The position numbers and the translations under genes were made by a program. Positions 14,601-27,823 of a stretch of DNA of 64,000 bases are shown one piece after another. Numbering within the stretch: the stretch's first letter is position 1; each line of letters starts with the position of its first letter. Origin of the DNA: Botryllus schlosseri (lineage: Eukaryota); the NCBI GenBank assembly GCA_051294905.1, contig CM119377.1, forward strand, positions 8,680,001-8,744,000, given 5' to 3'. The notes beneath the pieces were generated by a model. That model was given only the letters and a program-made list of their open reading frames with translations, was not told the origin of the DNA and did no database searches.

Positions 14601-17600
14601 TGAAAATATCACATCCTGAATACGTTTCATTATGAAGCGTTGGCGACATCTGGCGGCAAAGTACAACTGGGAACTGAGAGCCAAAATGGAAACGAAAACC
14701 GTGTATTTGACCGATTTTCACCACGGTGCAAATTAGGTAAACGAGCACTATCTGGTGAAAAATAGTGCTTCCACCCGTATTGGTGAAAAGAGACAAATAC
14801 ACCGCTACTCCGGGGTGAGGTGAGTTCTATTACCCCAGAAGGAGTAAAAAGTGGCTACGCGCTACTGGAATCCACTGCGTCCTTGGAATACATATCGGCG
14901 AATAATAATTGATCTGTTTGACTCGTTTTTACGAATTGAAATGAGTGTGAAAGCGAAATAGTTTGGTAGTAGAGAGTGACTGATAACATGTTTGCACCCT
15001 ACGCCATAAGGGGAAATCTGGTATTTACATCTATTTCACGTTCTCTCTCAAAGATGAGCGTGAGACCCACGATGTAAACGAAAACCGTGTATTTAGCCGA
15101 TTTCCACCACATTGCAAAGGTAAACGTACACTATCTGGTGCAAAATAGTGCTTTCACCCCATTCCAATAGGTGAAAAGATACAAAAACACAACTTTTTAT
15201 GGATGAGATGGGTTGTATTAGCCCCAGAAGCAAAAGGTGGCTACGCGCTAATGGAATTCACCGCATCCTTCGAATACATATATAGATAGGGGTGGAGTGA
15301 AAAAAAGTAAAAATTAGGATTTCAAAAAACGCTTTTGCCAGTTGGTCCCAAATAATAACTTCTGTCATGATTTCAGGTTCTTTCGCCCTCTAGTGGCGGT
15401 GCAATTCCACCAAACGAGCCTAAAAAAGCTAATTTTGCCATATCTTTATAACCGCTCACGCTAGAAAGCCAGTTTGGGGTTTAAAATCTGCGGAAGCAAC
15501 ATGTTTCTATCTCACTACCATAGAAATTTGTCTTGAAAATGTACAGAAAAAAGGTTACAAGCAAATTCTTGATTTTTAGACAGCCATTTAAAATCTTGGT
15601 TTATTTTACCAAGTTTACAATGCCAATTTGCATGTGACTGTTTGTTACATTGCTGCTTTAACAACAAACTATTGTCTGAAGGACTTATAAGTATCGATAT
15701 CGAATGCACTAATGAGTTTTGATGAACTTGATATACGCCTCTAGCCTATATACGGATTGGTAAACAACGACAACAACTCGTAAACACGAACCTCAGTCAT
15801 CATCAACGCGGGCGAGTTGACGCTATCGTCGTCGCGAGCCTTGACGGTCGCGGCCACGTGTCTCACGGCGGCATCCTCGTCGACTTCAAATTCTTTGCTG
15901 GCATCGGTGAACACGGGCGCGTATTCGTTTACGTCCAGTATCGAAACGTGTATCGTTTTCGATGTGCATCTGCCAATTAAAACGATAACGGACGTCAACT
16001 GGTGCCCGGTTGTCCACATCCAAGTCGTAATGCAAGCAGATTCTACAGTAAGTAGAAATGCCGAAGTGGTGGTAGTCTAATAACTAGTGCAATTTTTATT
16101 TGACATGTCGAAAAAAGTTTAAATTAGGTCAAAATTGTAACGTTAGGTCAAAAAATGTCAAAATGATAAACAAAGTCAAAAAATTTTAATAACCTGCATT
16201 TCGTTTTAATTGTAGATTTGGCACTGCGGGAGAACTAATCATTTGATGTTTTACAGTTTGTAGCCTACTTTATAGGCCTACCGTTGTCGACAGCCCATTG
16301 TCTGCAAATTGTGAATCATAAACATTCAAATAAAGCAAATAGGTTAACATGTTGTTATGCTCAACGTACCGCAAAATCCTAACAGAAGCAAGACTGCGTG
16401 AGCATTGGTTCTTATATCAAAAAGCACATGAAGAAAAATTGTGATGTAGACAACATTGTCAGAATGAAGCAACACGGTGTGTCACCAGCAGTGTACGCAC
16501 AACTTCAGTGTGGCCAGCCAATAACTGCTGCTGTTGAACGTTCTCACTTCATTCTTGGCAAGCTACTTAGTAAGGAGAATGAAGGAAACTATCTTTCGTT
16601 GTACTACAACAAATTTCAATTATTTCTACCATAATGCGTGGTGTAACTTCTGCAATCCTTCATAGGTCCAGATTTCGTTAACATAGTTTTTTCATGCAAA
16701 CATTTGATAGTTTTCAAGTCAAATGAGTCTTTCAGGCCAAACTACTTCGTAAAGACAGACAGTTCCAACCAGAGATATGGATAGTAGTACAATTCTAACA
16801 CTATGCAGGAAAACACCTAATTTACATACATAAGGTCAAAATTTGGTCAAAATGAAGTATATTAAGGTTAAAAAAATGTCAAAATTTCAATTTTTTAGTT
16901 CGAAATCTTCCCTTTTTTAGGTCAAAAAATCGCCCTATTAATCACCTATGGCTGACAGCAGCCGCCAACCCCCCTTAAAACTGACACTAATTTACTCACA
17001 AGCTCGGTTCGCCTTTGTCACAGGCCTTCAGCACGACTCTATAATTCCCGCACGTTTCCCGATCGAAAGGCGCCACGCTTCGTAGCAATTTATCGCTCGT
17101 CAGATTGAAGTAGGGTCTTTTACCTGCGGCACGAGATTGTTCGATGGTGATCCAGCGAGATCCACCCACCAAAGATACACAAAGCAGTCACCGTTGATAC
17201 CAAGCGCATGTATAAGGAAAGCCATGAATTTCTACTCAATTGGAAGTACAAGTAGCAATTTTAAAGACATGTCACCCTATCCTTCAAGAGGAAGTGGAAT
17301 ATGGCATTGAAGTGCGCAGTTTGACAGCAAAGGGAGTCAACATAGTCCGATCAAGTCGACGTATAGACGTGTATCAGCAAATGTCGACTTAATTACGAGT
17401 GGAACTAGCGTTTTCCGAGACATGTCAAACATATTTCAAATGGCCGTAGAATATGAAAGGTCTCAAAACTATTCGAGTATGCAGACTTGTACGAAATACT
17501 GGATTTTCAAAAAGCGCAACTATAACTCAAACCAGAACTACCAAATTTCCAAAATCCGCATCAAAACTCGAACTAGAACTACCAACTTTTCAAAATCCGG

Positions 17601-20600
17601 AATTAGAACTAGAACTAGAACTACTAAATGATTTAAATTCGCAACTAGAACTAGAACTGCTCACTTTTCAAAAAAGGCCACTAGAACTAAAACTAGAACT
17701 AAAACTAGAACTAACCACCTTCATGTTCTATACCACGAACCAGCTGGTTAAAACTAATTGTGTATCTCGAAAAAGAATAAGAACTTGGTTACCGATCCCC
17801 TATGCCACGCACTCACCTCGAATCGAGCTACACCCCCTGTCCGTCAGCGTGATTTCCACTTCGCCGTTCGCTCCTATGTCATCATCCTTGGCCGATATGT
17901 CGGCTACGTACGACACAGCCGACTCGTCGGTCGGCGATTCCGGTAGAAACACTAAAATATTCAGACCACAATTACTCATGAACTCGGTTTTGCTTAGACT
18001 CTAACTTTGGCAGTATGCGAAATAAGTGGCGGTGATATGCGGTAAAATGGACTAACCTCTGGAACCGTTGTGTGGCGCTATGTAACCGATCTCCAGTCGC
18101 GGCGCGTTGTCATTTTTATCTTGCACGGAGACGTCAACGAACGCCTCCTTGGTCTTAGGGTTGCTGGGAGCCGAATCGCTGGCCTCGATCGAAATTCGAA
18201 AACTGAACAGCATGGACGCAATTCGTTACATATCTCCCGCGCAGATTAATGTACAGCGTGTATATGTAAAAACTCTGCGCCCTGATAAGATAACAGCTAC
18301 CAGGAAGAAAGAAAATATGTTTCCACAAATAGTCTCTTGAACGAAAATTGCCACGATGTAATCTAGTAATCATCACAGCGTAACTGCCGATACATTGATT
18401 TCGTCTACAACTCTATACACATGTACTCGCGAGTCCAGACATCTCTTGCAAAAATATATATTCAAATTCAGGATAAATTTAATATCTTATACAATCATAC
18501 CTCCAACTTTATGTAATATTAATTACGTATAGATGTTATCTGTGCTTTTTGAGAAGGTTACGTTCGAGTGACTCTAGTTTGCTTACGAGACATTTGACCG
18601 CAATGTCGGAATTATGAATAATTTCCGGTCACCGGTGTGGCATGGATACCATTAGCCGTAGCTGCAGTACTATTAACAGCGAGACACTGCATGTGCGACA
18701 CATATTCCGTTATAATTCAGGCACGGAAAGGTAGGGAACCCCCGGCTGATTCATATTCCCGTAAAACTCTACAGCATATGACTAAACCCGCCCAGAAAAT
18801 CGTTAAATATGTGCAATCTCTATGCCGAAAAGCGATACGCCTGTAGTTTGATAACAGAACGACAGGTTGACGGATTATTTTCATATTAACTGCACCTCAG
18901 CAGAGACGATGACAGGTAAAGAGTGTGGTGGAGTGATTGAAATGATGTAACCCTTATCAGCGTCGATAAGCTACTTGTCTAGATAGTAGGCGTGTTAACG
19001 GATAACGATGTTTGACTCAGGCCTTAAATAAGCTTATCGCCATCCTTCAAACCATGCTCATCATCGCCATCTCATTTCAATCAACCGACTAAGGTATTTT
19101 GATTATTATACGAGGCCCTTTTGCCGGGAATCACCTCTAGAGGCTTGTCGGATTCAGAGCAAAGCGGAAATTTACTTGACATTTAAAGCAGATAACATCG
19201 TCCACGTTTACACGGAACGCATTCCCACCTGGAGTACATTTCCCTGTCGAGAGGTCTCTTCAAGAACAACGCTCCCGTACTGTCGTTAAGCTTGAAATTA
19301 TCGAACACGACTTCGGGATTCGTAAACGACAATCGGTACGTCACAGTCCCGTAGAGTCCGGAGTCGGCGTCGTCGGCGTTAACTCGGATGATTTCATCCT
19401 CCGAAAAGAAGCCCTCAGTGACATTGACTTCGTACTTCTGAAATCAGTGGTTGAAGTTTTAAAAAGTATTTTTGATATAAGGCCGGAAATATCAAATGAA
19501 ATACTTATATCATGATTTTGAGTTCACGCACCATCTATGGGCCGTAAAATTTCACCAAACGTTCCATATCTTGATAACCGGTTATGCTAGAAAGCTAGTC
19601 TTTGGCTTAAAGGCGCAAGAAGTGACATGTTTCTATTTCATTTCCATAGAATTTTGTCTTGGAAACGAACAAACAGAAAAGCGTTACAAGCAAAGTAAGT
19701 TTATTCAGTAAAATTAAGTATTATTGCAGTGGGTGCGATGTCAAAAGCGTATAGTCATTGAGTTTATGACTGACTGAATGACATGTTAAAATAACTATCG
19801 CAATCGGACTGGTCTTCGGAAACAAAACACTACTTTATGATATAGTTCAAAGTCGATTTTCAGAGCCAATATTGTCAATTTAGTTTAGCCCCACATCACC
19901 GCCACAGAAACACACAGCCCATTGTAGATCCGTCGGGCGTTAAGTCATGGAGGTGTAATTTCTAATGCTGAAAGGTCACGTGACAGGTGCTACTGGTTGG
20001 CATCACACCAAAAACATGTTTCCGTAGTTATTTCACTATTTTACAAGTCATACATTTTTCAACAGTGCTTTATTTACCAGCCAACAATTCTGAGCGTACC
20101 TCACTTTCCCCGTGTCGAATTTACAGCTTATAGCATTAGCGGTTTGGACCATCTCAAAAAAGCAATGGAGCGATATTAAAGCTACAACATACATCTTTCT
20201 CGAAGATTGGCGAATGGTCGTTGTCGTCGACTACGCGGATAGCAACTTGCATGGAGTCGCCTAACGACGGATTTCCGGCGTCGTTGACGCCAACAGTGAA
20301 CCTTACAATCTTGTCGACTTCGTAATCTGAAAAACGAATGAATTAAATCGAAATGCGCCGTAACACCGATGCCACAAGTATATGGATGCGGGTATGCGAC
20401 GTGCAGTAAATGATATCCATATTTTATCTCTTTGATCGCGTCTACTTAGTTGAATTCACGGATTGATGCGCTCTTTTTATGATGATACAATCAACTTGGT
20501 AAATCCAAAGTGACATCACCCGGCTTGGTGACGTATACTTTCACTGCGATGCATGATTTATATCAAGGAATATCAAACAGAGCTCACCTAAATCTAATAG

Positions 20601-23203
20601 TGACGTATACTTTCACTGCGATGTATGATTTATATCAGAGAATATCAGCCAGATCGCTCCTAAATTTAACAGGAGGCGAGGGCTCCAACTTCTCTCGATG
20701 ACCACTGAACAGCAAGTCGCAAGCAGTACTATTATAACTACTCCGTCGAGACGTCGGCGTGATTTAAGATGCCGCATTGCTGGCGCGAAGATGTCGTAGA
20801 ATGACAGCGTTGAACTCCGGAAACGGACTATATACACAACAGATCACCGCTCGAAACAGCGTTAGACCTGTTTCAAAGTAACCACTCCAACCAGAATACA
20901 ATTAGAGACGTGACTGTACTGCAGGCAGTTTTGGGTGCCACTAAATCTGCTTGGTTGGATCCCAATGGAGATTTAGATCCACGGATATGAGTATATGACC
21001 GCATCAACTATGGCTGGCTATCGGATAGGTCATCATGGTGTAACATTGTAATCAGAGATTCGCATATTCTTGCTTACATAGCACATTGTGACACGACGTT
21101 TGCAGCCGTGATTTGACTATAGGCAAAGTCGAAACGGGTGCAAAGCGTGCGGGTAATCGTCACCCTGTAAGGCGTGAACAGTCTGAACACTCGGGGCGAT
21201 CTAACGACAATCTCTCACGAGTATCTAGCACTTTAACTTACCCAGGTTTCTCTTCAATTGTAGTACCAAACGTGACGAGTTGTTGTCATCGAAGTAATGA
21301 CGGATTTTGACGTAACGACTGTATGAAGTATTATATCGCAGTCTCGCATTTTCGCCTGTGTAAAAAAATTAACTTGTGGTACGCGTTAAGTCATTGTCTA
21401 TCCGAAACTTCATATAACGTTAAATTGAATAAGATGTGTAGCTGAGCGTCGCTGTGACGCACCCACTGCCCAGTAACTAAAATTGAACTAGTAAATAGAC
21501 ATTTATTGAGATGTTACGGACAGTGATAACTTCGTAGCTTTCGTAGATAACTCGTAGCCTTACTACATCTTTATCGATATCTCAAATTTATACATAAACT
21601 CTAATACCCAGCTTAGTCTTGCATGTATGGTGACACAGACTGGAATCCATTTCAAGCGTACTTCGCCAAATAATAGAACCAGCGGGTGGTAGGTTAAAAT
21701 GGCGGGATTGTCACGCGATTATTCTGAAACTTATTTCTATTTCAGCAACTTACCGTTAAAATAATAATAATCTTATACAAATAGTTCTGCTTACGACATA
21801 ACGCATTTTGAATAAATATATCAATTACTTGGCTCCCTTGATAATCTCATGGCGTTTTCGATGTATTACTTCGCCCATGCTTACCACCAGGCACTGACTA
21901 ATTGCAGTATAGTTAGTTGTGACGTAACTTTGTAACACTGGGGGTGGGGGATCCATCAGACACCAAATGGATAATCACTTGACACTTGTTGATGGCTTGG
22001 ATGCTTATGAATCGATTCCGCTCAAATGTCGCGTGAGTGCCGTGAGAATATCAAGCCCTAAACTTCATAAATTGGCAGTTTGCATTGAACTCTTACCAAT
22101 GTCCCTGTCCGTAGCTTGATACGCGTCTAAATTGACCTCGCGATCAACGAGTGGATTTTCCGACACGTTCAAAACCAGTTTCGAAACTGGGAAAGTAGGC
22201 GCGTTATCGTTGATATCTTCAATTTCGGCGTCGACAACCATCATGTGACTTTGTGAGACGAAGACCTTTCAGACAAACCAATAAAAACCTTGGTCTACAA
22301 TATATCAATGTAAATGTTGACCGCTTACTTTAAATCTGATGATGCATTTGGTGCTCTCTCCACAAAGTTGCTCTCTATCGATTCTCTTCGATAATCCGAG
22401 CACGCCAGAATCCCGGTCTATGCTCAACCAAGATCCTGTAATCTGCTGCGAAGAAGGCCTATCCGAAACGACTTCTTGCGGGGCAATTAATTTGAATTTG
22501 CCCTGTATTTGATATCGCAGAGTTTCGCTTAGTATATTCTTCAGGTTGGCGAGTTCTAACCCTGAATATTCAAGAGAACGATAAAGATCATGTAGGTTAC
22601 CTTACAACTTTCCGGGCTTAGGAACATTGAGTAATTTAACATGTACAATCTTTACGGATTATGGAGATAAGACATTTCACAACCTTCGCAGGAGCCGCTA
22701 TTGGTCGGTAGATTTTGAATCTACCTCTATGGACAATCGGGTATTGAAACAAGCAGCAAAGTGAGCACGACAGGTTGAATAACATTAAATTAATTATAGA
22801 TTAAATGTAAAAGTGTAGTGACAAATCCAAAACATTGTCAGAGTGTCGTCATTTTGTCCTTGGGTTGCGTACACATTGGAAATTACGAAATAAAAGTTGA
22901 TATTCCGAATCCGAAAATCCAGGAAAATGGAAAACGCAGGTAAAGAGGAATATACCCTGCTAGGTCTCAATTTGCAGGCAACACATACTCAAGACAAATC
23001 TCAGAGTCAAGCGAAATAATATATTTCTTAGCGACCCAATAGCTTGATGCTCACACAGCTATGTATTGATGTAATCACAATAATCTCTTACCTGGTCTTG
23101 TTTCTTCTTTGATGGATATTCGCGTGGAAGTTTTCGTTAAGGAAGAGCACGGGTGTATTAATAAAAATATACCGAAAATCCAAATGAACCAACGTTCATA
23201 CAT
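5623..23203 (-). CDS. Delta-type (delta2-like) non-clustered protocadherin, complete, 18 coding exons, 1129 aa
   Basis: Exons (minus strand): 23203-23092, 22561-22329, 22265-22097, 21355-21242, 20326-20193, 19437-19229, 18202-18057, 17951-17817, 17123-17000, 15969-15792, 13997-13854, 10863-10693, 10633-10430, 9428-9213, 8973-8825, 7853-7799, 7573-7342, 6287-5623. All introns are GT-AG and phase-compatible, total 3390 nt. Signal peptide MYERWFIWIFGIFLLIHPCSS; EC1 IDREQLC..C; linkers DINDNAP, DDNDHSP, DKNDNAP, DVNEYAP, DVNDNAP; TM ILLGGVAFLLIVFAVLAFV; CM1-like DSDSGRGDSD; CM2-like CGEQCRKYGHGDACWMP; no RRVTF (CM3). Confidence 0.93.
9480..9840. mobile_element. hAT (Charlie/Buster-like) MITE
   Basis: TIR cagtggttctc / gagaaccactg; same end type as 30620-31458; no intact TSD. 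Confidence 0.75.
11080..11398. mobile_element. Degenerate hAT (Charlie/Buster-like) MITE
   Basis: Ends aagcggttctcaaac / gtttgagaagtactg; flanks gcctggat / gcccagtt match only 5 of 8. Confidence 0.55.
12295..12660. repeat. (TCTAAT)-motif-rich interspersed repeat, probable decayed MITE
   Basis: Many ttctaat/atctaat/gtctaat motifs; ends not clearly resolved. Confidence 0.45.
14691..15281 (+). repeat. Diverged direct repeat: about 205-bp units at 14691-14895 and 15077-15281 (period 386)
   Basis: Both begin aacgaaaaccgtgtattt, share cactatctggtg..aaatagtgctt and ggctacgcgcta, and end aatacatat at the same offset. Confidence 0.8.
15430..15575 (+). repeat. Interspersed repeat fragment; homologous copy at about 19540-19695
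   Basis: Shared catatctt.ataacc..gctagaaagc..acatgtttctat..ccataga..ttgtcttg.aaa..acagaaaa..gttacaagcaaa. Confidence 0.7.
16085..16937 (+). mobile_element. Non-autonomous hAT element retaining the transposase C-terminal dimerisation region
   Basis: TIR tagtgcaatttt / aaaaatcgcccta; aggtcaaaa subterminal repeats; degenerate TSD ctaataac/ttaatcac; ORF 16398-16634 QPITAAVERSHFILGKLL..ENEGNYLSLYYN; homolog at 47226-48064. Confidence 0.82.
17447..17730. mobile_element. MITE with (CTAGAA)n subterminal repeats
   Basis: TIR-like tagaatatgaaaggt / accttcatgttcta; arrays of actagaact; TSD not seen. Confidence 0.6.
20528..20670 (+). repeat. 72-bp tandem duplication in a protocadherin intron
   Basis: gtgacgtatactttcactgcgatg.atgatttatatca..gaatatca occurs at 20528 and 20600. 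Confidence 0.85.
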
Positions 23204-26200
23204 TATGTTAACCCTACAAATGAACAGAGGTCGGTTACTTTCACAGGCATGAAAATCGATACATAAAAATACGCAATTTAGGGTACATGCAGGCAACTTG
23301 TTACCTTCAACAGAGCTAATCCTTCACTTACAGTAGTGGTAATTAGTCGCTAAACAAGCGGTTGTTCAATAACTTAGCTACCTGTCGGTATATCAGATTT
23401 ACGGCTATCTGGCTTGCGATGGTATACAAGAATGCGAATTGAAGTAGGCCTCCCGTTCCGTTGTTTCTTGCCGTATTTTTTATTACAGCCATAGTGTCGT
23501 GAGAAGCACGATATTTATTCACGGTCTATTGCATGAACGACTGCTACAGAAATATTCCATTCATTGTCTCACTACAACTCAACTGTAGCGCGGAAACGCT
23601 TGTACGGTTGAATATCCCAACCATCATTACGGTTTACAAGTTCCTTCGGGACTCTATTTTGATGCAAATTGGATTGGGCAAGACGGATGTTGCCAAGTCT
23701 GGATTATCTTCTGAAACTATGACTAGGGTTTACATGGGCGCTTGAAGACGCCGAATTTATTCATGAATTATTACAAAAGATTGAGCGCTAGAGATGTTAT
23801 CGTGGGTGCTCGCTACGCGGGGAAATTTGGATTAGGCGCGTGGAGATTGCTTATCGCACGCCGTCATAACAAAGTAGCAAACCGAATCGGTTGACATCCT
23901 GCTTTACAAGTGATTTACAGGTCTTAAATACCTCTAACATGACATAATTTCAATAAAAAATATGCACCCCACCTCGGAACTCTACAAGTACACAAAACTC
24001 TTAAAACTCAACAAATGTTAGTACCATGGCTATTGATTTACGATAAAGTATGGACCAATCGGGTACCTGCTCAACGCTAAATCCAAGTTCCGATAAATAT
24101 AATATTTTTATGATAGACATTCAATATGAAGTCGCCAAAAGGACTATTGCGAGCTAATTCTTGGTCTTCTGATATATCATTATTGTCATCAAACAGCATA
24201 CACAGTATCCACTGAACACACTAACATAGCGAAGAGCGACTTTGTTGATAGACGAAACATCTGCATTTAACATGGATATTCGTAACGCTAAAAACACGCC
24301 ACGCCTCAAAATCGCCGCAGTGGTGCATTAAATGAAGCTTCGTAATTTGCAATATCATCGCGCCCTTCATCCTCAACATATATCACACCACGACAAAGAT
24401 GTATATTAGCTATTCTTTTTTGTTTTGGATTGCAGTCACACCAATTAAACGGCAATCAACCGCAGCAACCATGCAATTCCCAGGGCTCATTCCAAACGCT
24501 CCTTTGACTGTACTTGATCAATGCAAGCACACAAACATTCAACTTCATGATACTTACGAACTTATTAACACTATGAAAACTGCTGGTAAAACACATTGAT
24601 CTAATTCAAGCGAAAGCAAAAATTTACCGAAATCCACAATGCAGCACGGCTAGCCTCACGTATCGCTCGCTAACGACGCTTATATGAACTGGAATGAGAC
24701 AAAAACATCTGTTCTTGTAGGTCTGTCAGCGCACGCAACTCCGGGTTCATTGCTACAATAAGCGACGTCCTCCGCAGCGATAAACTTGAGACAAATCCTG
24801 TCAATGCCGTTTTATTGTGCTAGTATTCGATCGAGAGCGATGAAGAGTAATGAATGCAGTCTCACTTTACGCGTGCTAATATGCTTCATCACACGTGTGC
24901 CCGCATTAGAGTAAATTATCACCCGGCAATTTGTCCATTAACTGGATGGCATTGGTGACTTTACCGTATTGAAAAAACTTTGCAAGTGCCGATTATGTTA
25001 TTAATTAGCACTTGGGTGTACTACATGGTGTGGGTACTAAACATATTATGCTTGGTTTGGGGGATAATCATGCCAGACGATCGTGGTAATCTTGACACTG
25101 ATTGGCTGACTCGGAAAATACCAAGCACGGACATTATTGAAATACATAATGAAAATTCAATCGACTCAATTATAGCCTTGTTTCTAGGATTATTGAATTA
25201 CATGCTTTTAATGCATTGATTGCCGCCGCCGCGTACCGGTGACTGACTGCGCATTTGCGCATTCGCAACGAAACAGGGCTCTATTGCTGATTTATGTAAC
25301 ATTATGTCGCGCACGGTGCGAATTGTTAAAAGGACCGATTGTACTTGAAGAGGGCGAGTGTGGTTCCTACAACTACGTCTCTTACTCGCACGAGCTCGTT
25401 CTGTAACTACATTGACAGTTGACTCTAATTCTATCTCCTGATCTACTACGTACGGTATTTAGTGTAGGTAGGCTTCGCATAGACTTAGGCACATTCAAAT
25501 CCATGCCATAGATAATATTATAGCAGATGAACTAACGTAGTGTTACATTTTCAGCGTCAAGTCTATTTGATCCTGGAAATTACGATAATAATTGATCCCC
25601 TGCGTGAGCCTTGCCACAGATTGCTCAGCTGTTTCGAAATATGGCTAACGTACGGAATTAGGTCGGCTTCGGGGAAGCGTGCGACGCAGTCGGTTAAAAC
25701 GCCACCGTCACGGCACCAATGGAAATATGTTCCAACCCCGATTCTGACCGTCATCCACATGCCGGAGGTTTATCTGGAATTCTCATCGCCTTACAGTGCG
25801 TTAAAAGAAGTCCAGTAGAGCAGTCGGTAGCAAATAATCTGACAAGGACGCATAGTATAGCGACAGTAGACGAAGAGTGCTAGAACATAAGTATGAAAGT
25901 CGTCTGAAAGTGAACGAAAAACAAAGAGTCCCAAAAATTTCGAAATTCATGTCGTGTACTGAAAACGCGAAAAACGCGGAGTGTGCAATAATAAATATAA
26001 AATATACCGAACTTTGGTCAAACATTTGCTGGGTATAGTACCGTGATCAAGAAGTAGATTTTACGTAAATGTTACTTAATGAAGACGACAGATATATAAC
26101 CCTCTCTTCTGCTCAATTTCGTTGATCGGAGTCCAACAGCGGATCCATTATTTTACACACTCGAATACTGTCGATTGCCTGTAAAGTTTACCGAGCGCAG

Positions 26201-27760
26201 TGCATCTTTTGCGAAATCTTGTTGGAGAATTTTCAGAAAACTGTGGTATCGTATGTATCCTAACGTGTTCGAGGATGCGCAATATCAATATATTTCGGAC
26301 AACGAATGGCTCGTAGCGGCAGACGCAATTGTGGAGATACCTTGGGAAAACTCCATATAGGCCTAAACATGACATAAAATCGAATAATTATCAATTTTAA
26401 ATGATAGGATCATTGCATTTGCATAGACCGCCATATAGCCAACGAAATGGGACATTAAATGGCATTGCGATAGCCTACCCTATGCATCAAAGGAGAATAT
26501 GGTTGCGGAGTTACGAAATAGGTATTTAGTTTTTGTCGTATTGGTCACGTGAAATAACTCATTGCTACAAAATCCATTTCTTAGGTGTCACCCAGGGATT
26601 TCTAAAACTTTTAGATATCCCTGGGTGTCACCGTGCAACAAAATGCGTCAAGGTAGTATAGATCAGGCAGAACTTGTCCATAAAGTACGCACTCAAGATT
26701 CTATTTGCTACCATATCTTAAACATCCTGGTAAACTCAACGCAATTCCCTGATTATAAATGCTAATTCGCCACAGCTGGTTGTGCAAAAAGTGCAGGGTC
26801 GCGATGCAGCACTCAACATTTTGTCGTTATACAGAAACACTACCAGTATAATTTGCTAGTACTGTGCCTCCATCGACGTTCACGTGGTACGAACGGGAGT
26901 TGGAGTAAGACTGAACCGATTCCATACCAAGAATGAAACGTTATATTATCACGTACCATGTTATCTTTTCAGTTTGACAGCTCTACACTACAAGCTCACT
27001 ACAAGCTAACCAACGCATTTCATATGACATGCAGAGTTCTCACCTCACCCTACTACCAGACATAGCAGTTAGATAACTTAACAAAATTGATCGAATAGCA
27101 AGTGTAGACACGAGCTGTCTCGTCTACTGCCTGCCAAGCGTCTCAGCGTGCGGCCGACCGACGGTCGCAAGCATACGGCAAAGTACTGTCGCCATCGAAA
27201 GTAACGCGCGATGCTACCAGTAAAGCAATTCCATCGACCTTTATTCATTTTCAAGAAATTGATATCGATTCCCATCATTACTGACACACATAACTCCTAA
27301 GGTATTCTTGGCGATGTAGTGTCACTGTCTGTTATTCCGCTAGCCTGAAATCAACATGCAGTGTCCATTATACTCACTAGAAATTTGCCAGTAACTTTAA
27401 TTCAGGAGTCAGGACTGTCGACTGATGACTGTAACAGAACTACATCCTCACACAGATAGAAAAATATAAAGTTTATATCGTCACCAAAGCAGGAATTAGG
27501 CTGCGCTCAAACCCTGGTGGTCTTTTGCCGACTGTAACCTCTCGCTTCTAACAATGACGCTAAAAACTAACGTAACATACATGTATTACGTCACAAAAAA
27601 CCTGGGCAATACTTTTCGGCTCATTGTGACCTGCCAGAAAGTACATTGATGAATGGGTGAACGAACTTATAGACCGGAATAGGTACATCCGTGCTACCAG
27701 TTCCAGCAGTTAAAATATTGTAGTACTGCAAAGCGTGAAAGATGATTAATTGATTATACA

Positions 27761-27823
27761 GTTGTTGTTATTGTTGTTGCTGTTGTTGTTGTTGTTGTTG
27801 TTGTTATCATCATCATCATCACC
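27761..27823. repeat. Compound microsatellite (GTT)n(ATC)n
   Basis: Read directly. On the minus strand it follows an AATAAA, which is compatible with a LINE 3' tail (unproven). Confidence 0.9.

Noticed and set aside
15970-16050. Upstream extension of ORF 15741-16019
   Set aside because: It is not cadherin-like. The acceptor at 15969 gives the correct phase with exon 17123-17000.
17453-18004. 183-aa plus-strand ORF with LELEL repeats
   Set aside because: It is an artefact of a (CTAGAA)n MITE plus the antisense of a cadherin exon.
26098-26360. Open frame of about 87 aa (..LPVKFTERSASFAKSCWRIFRKLWYRMYPNVF..)
   Set aside because: No recognisable family, no partner exons, and the resemblance to the hAT ERSFS motif is too weak.
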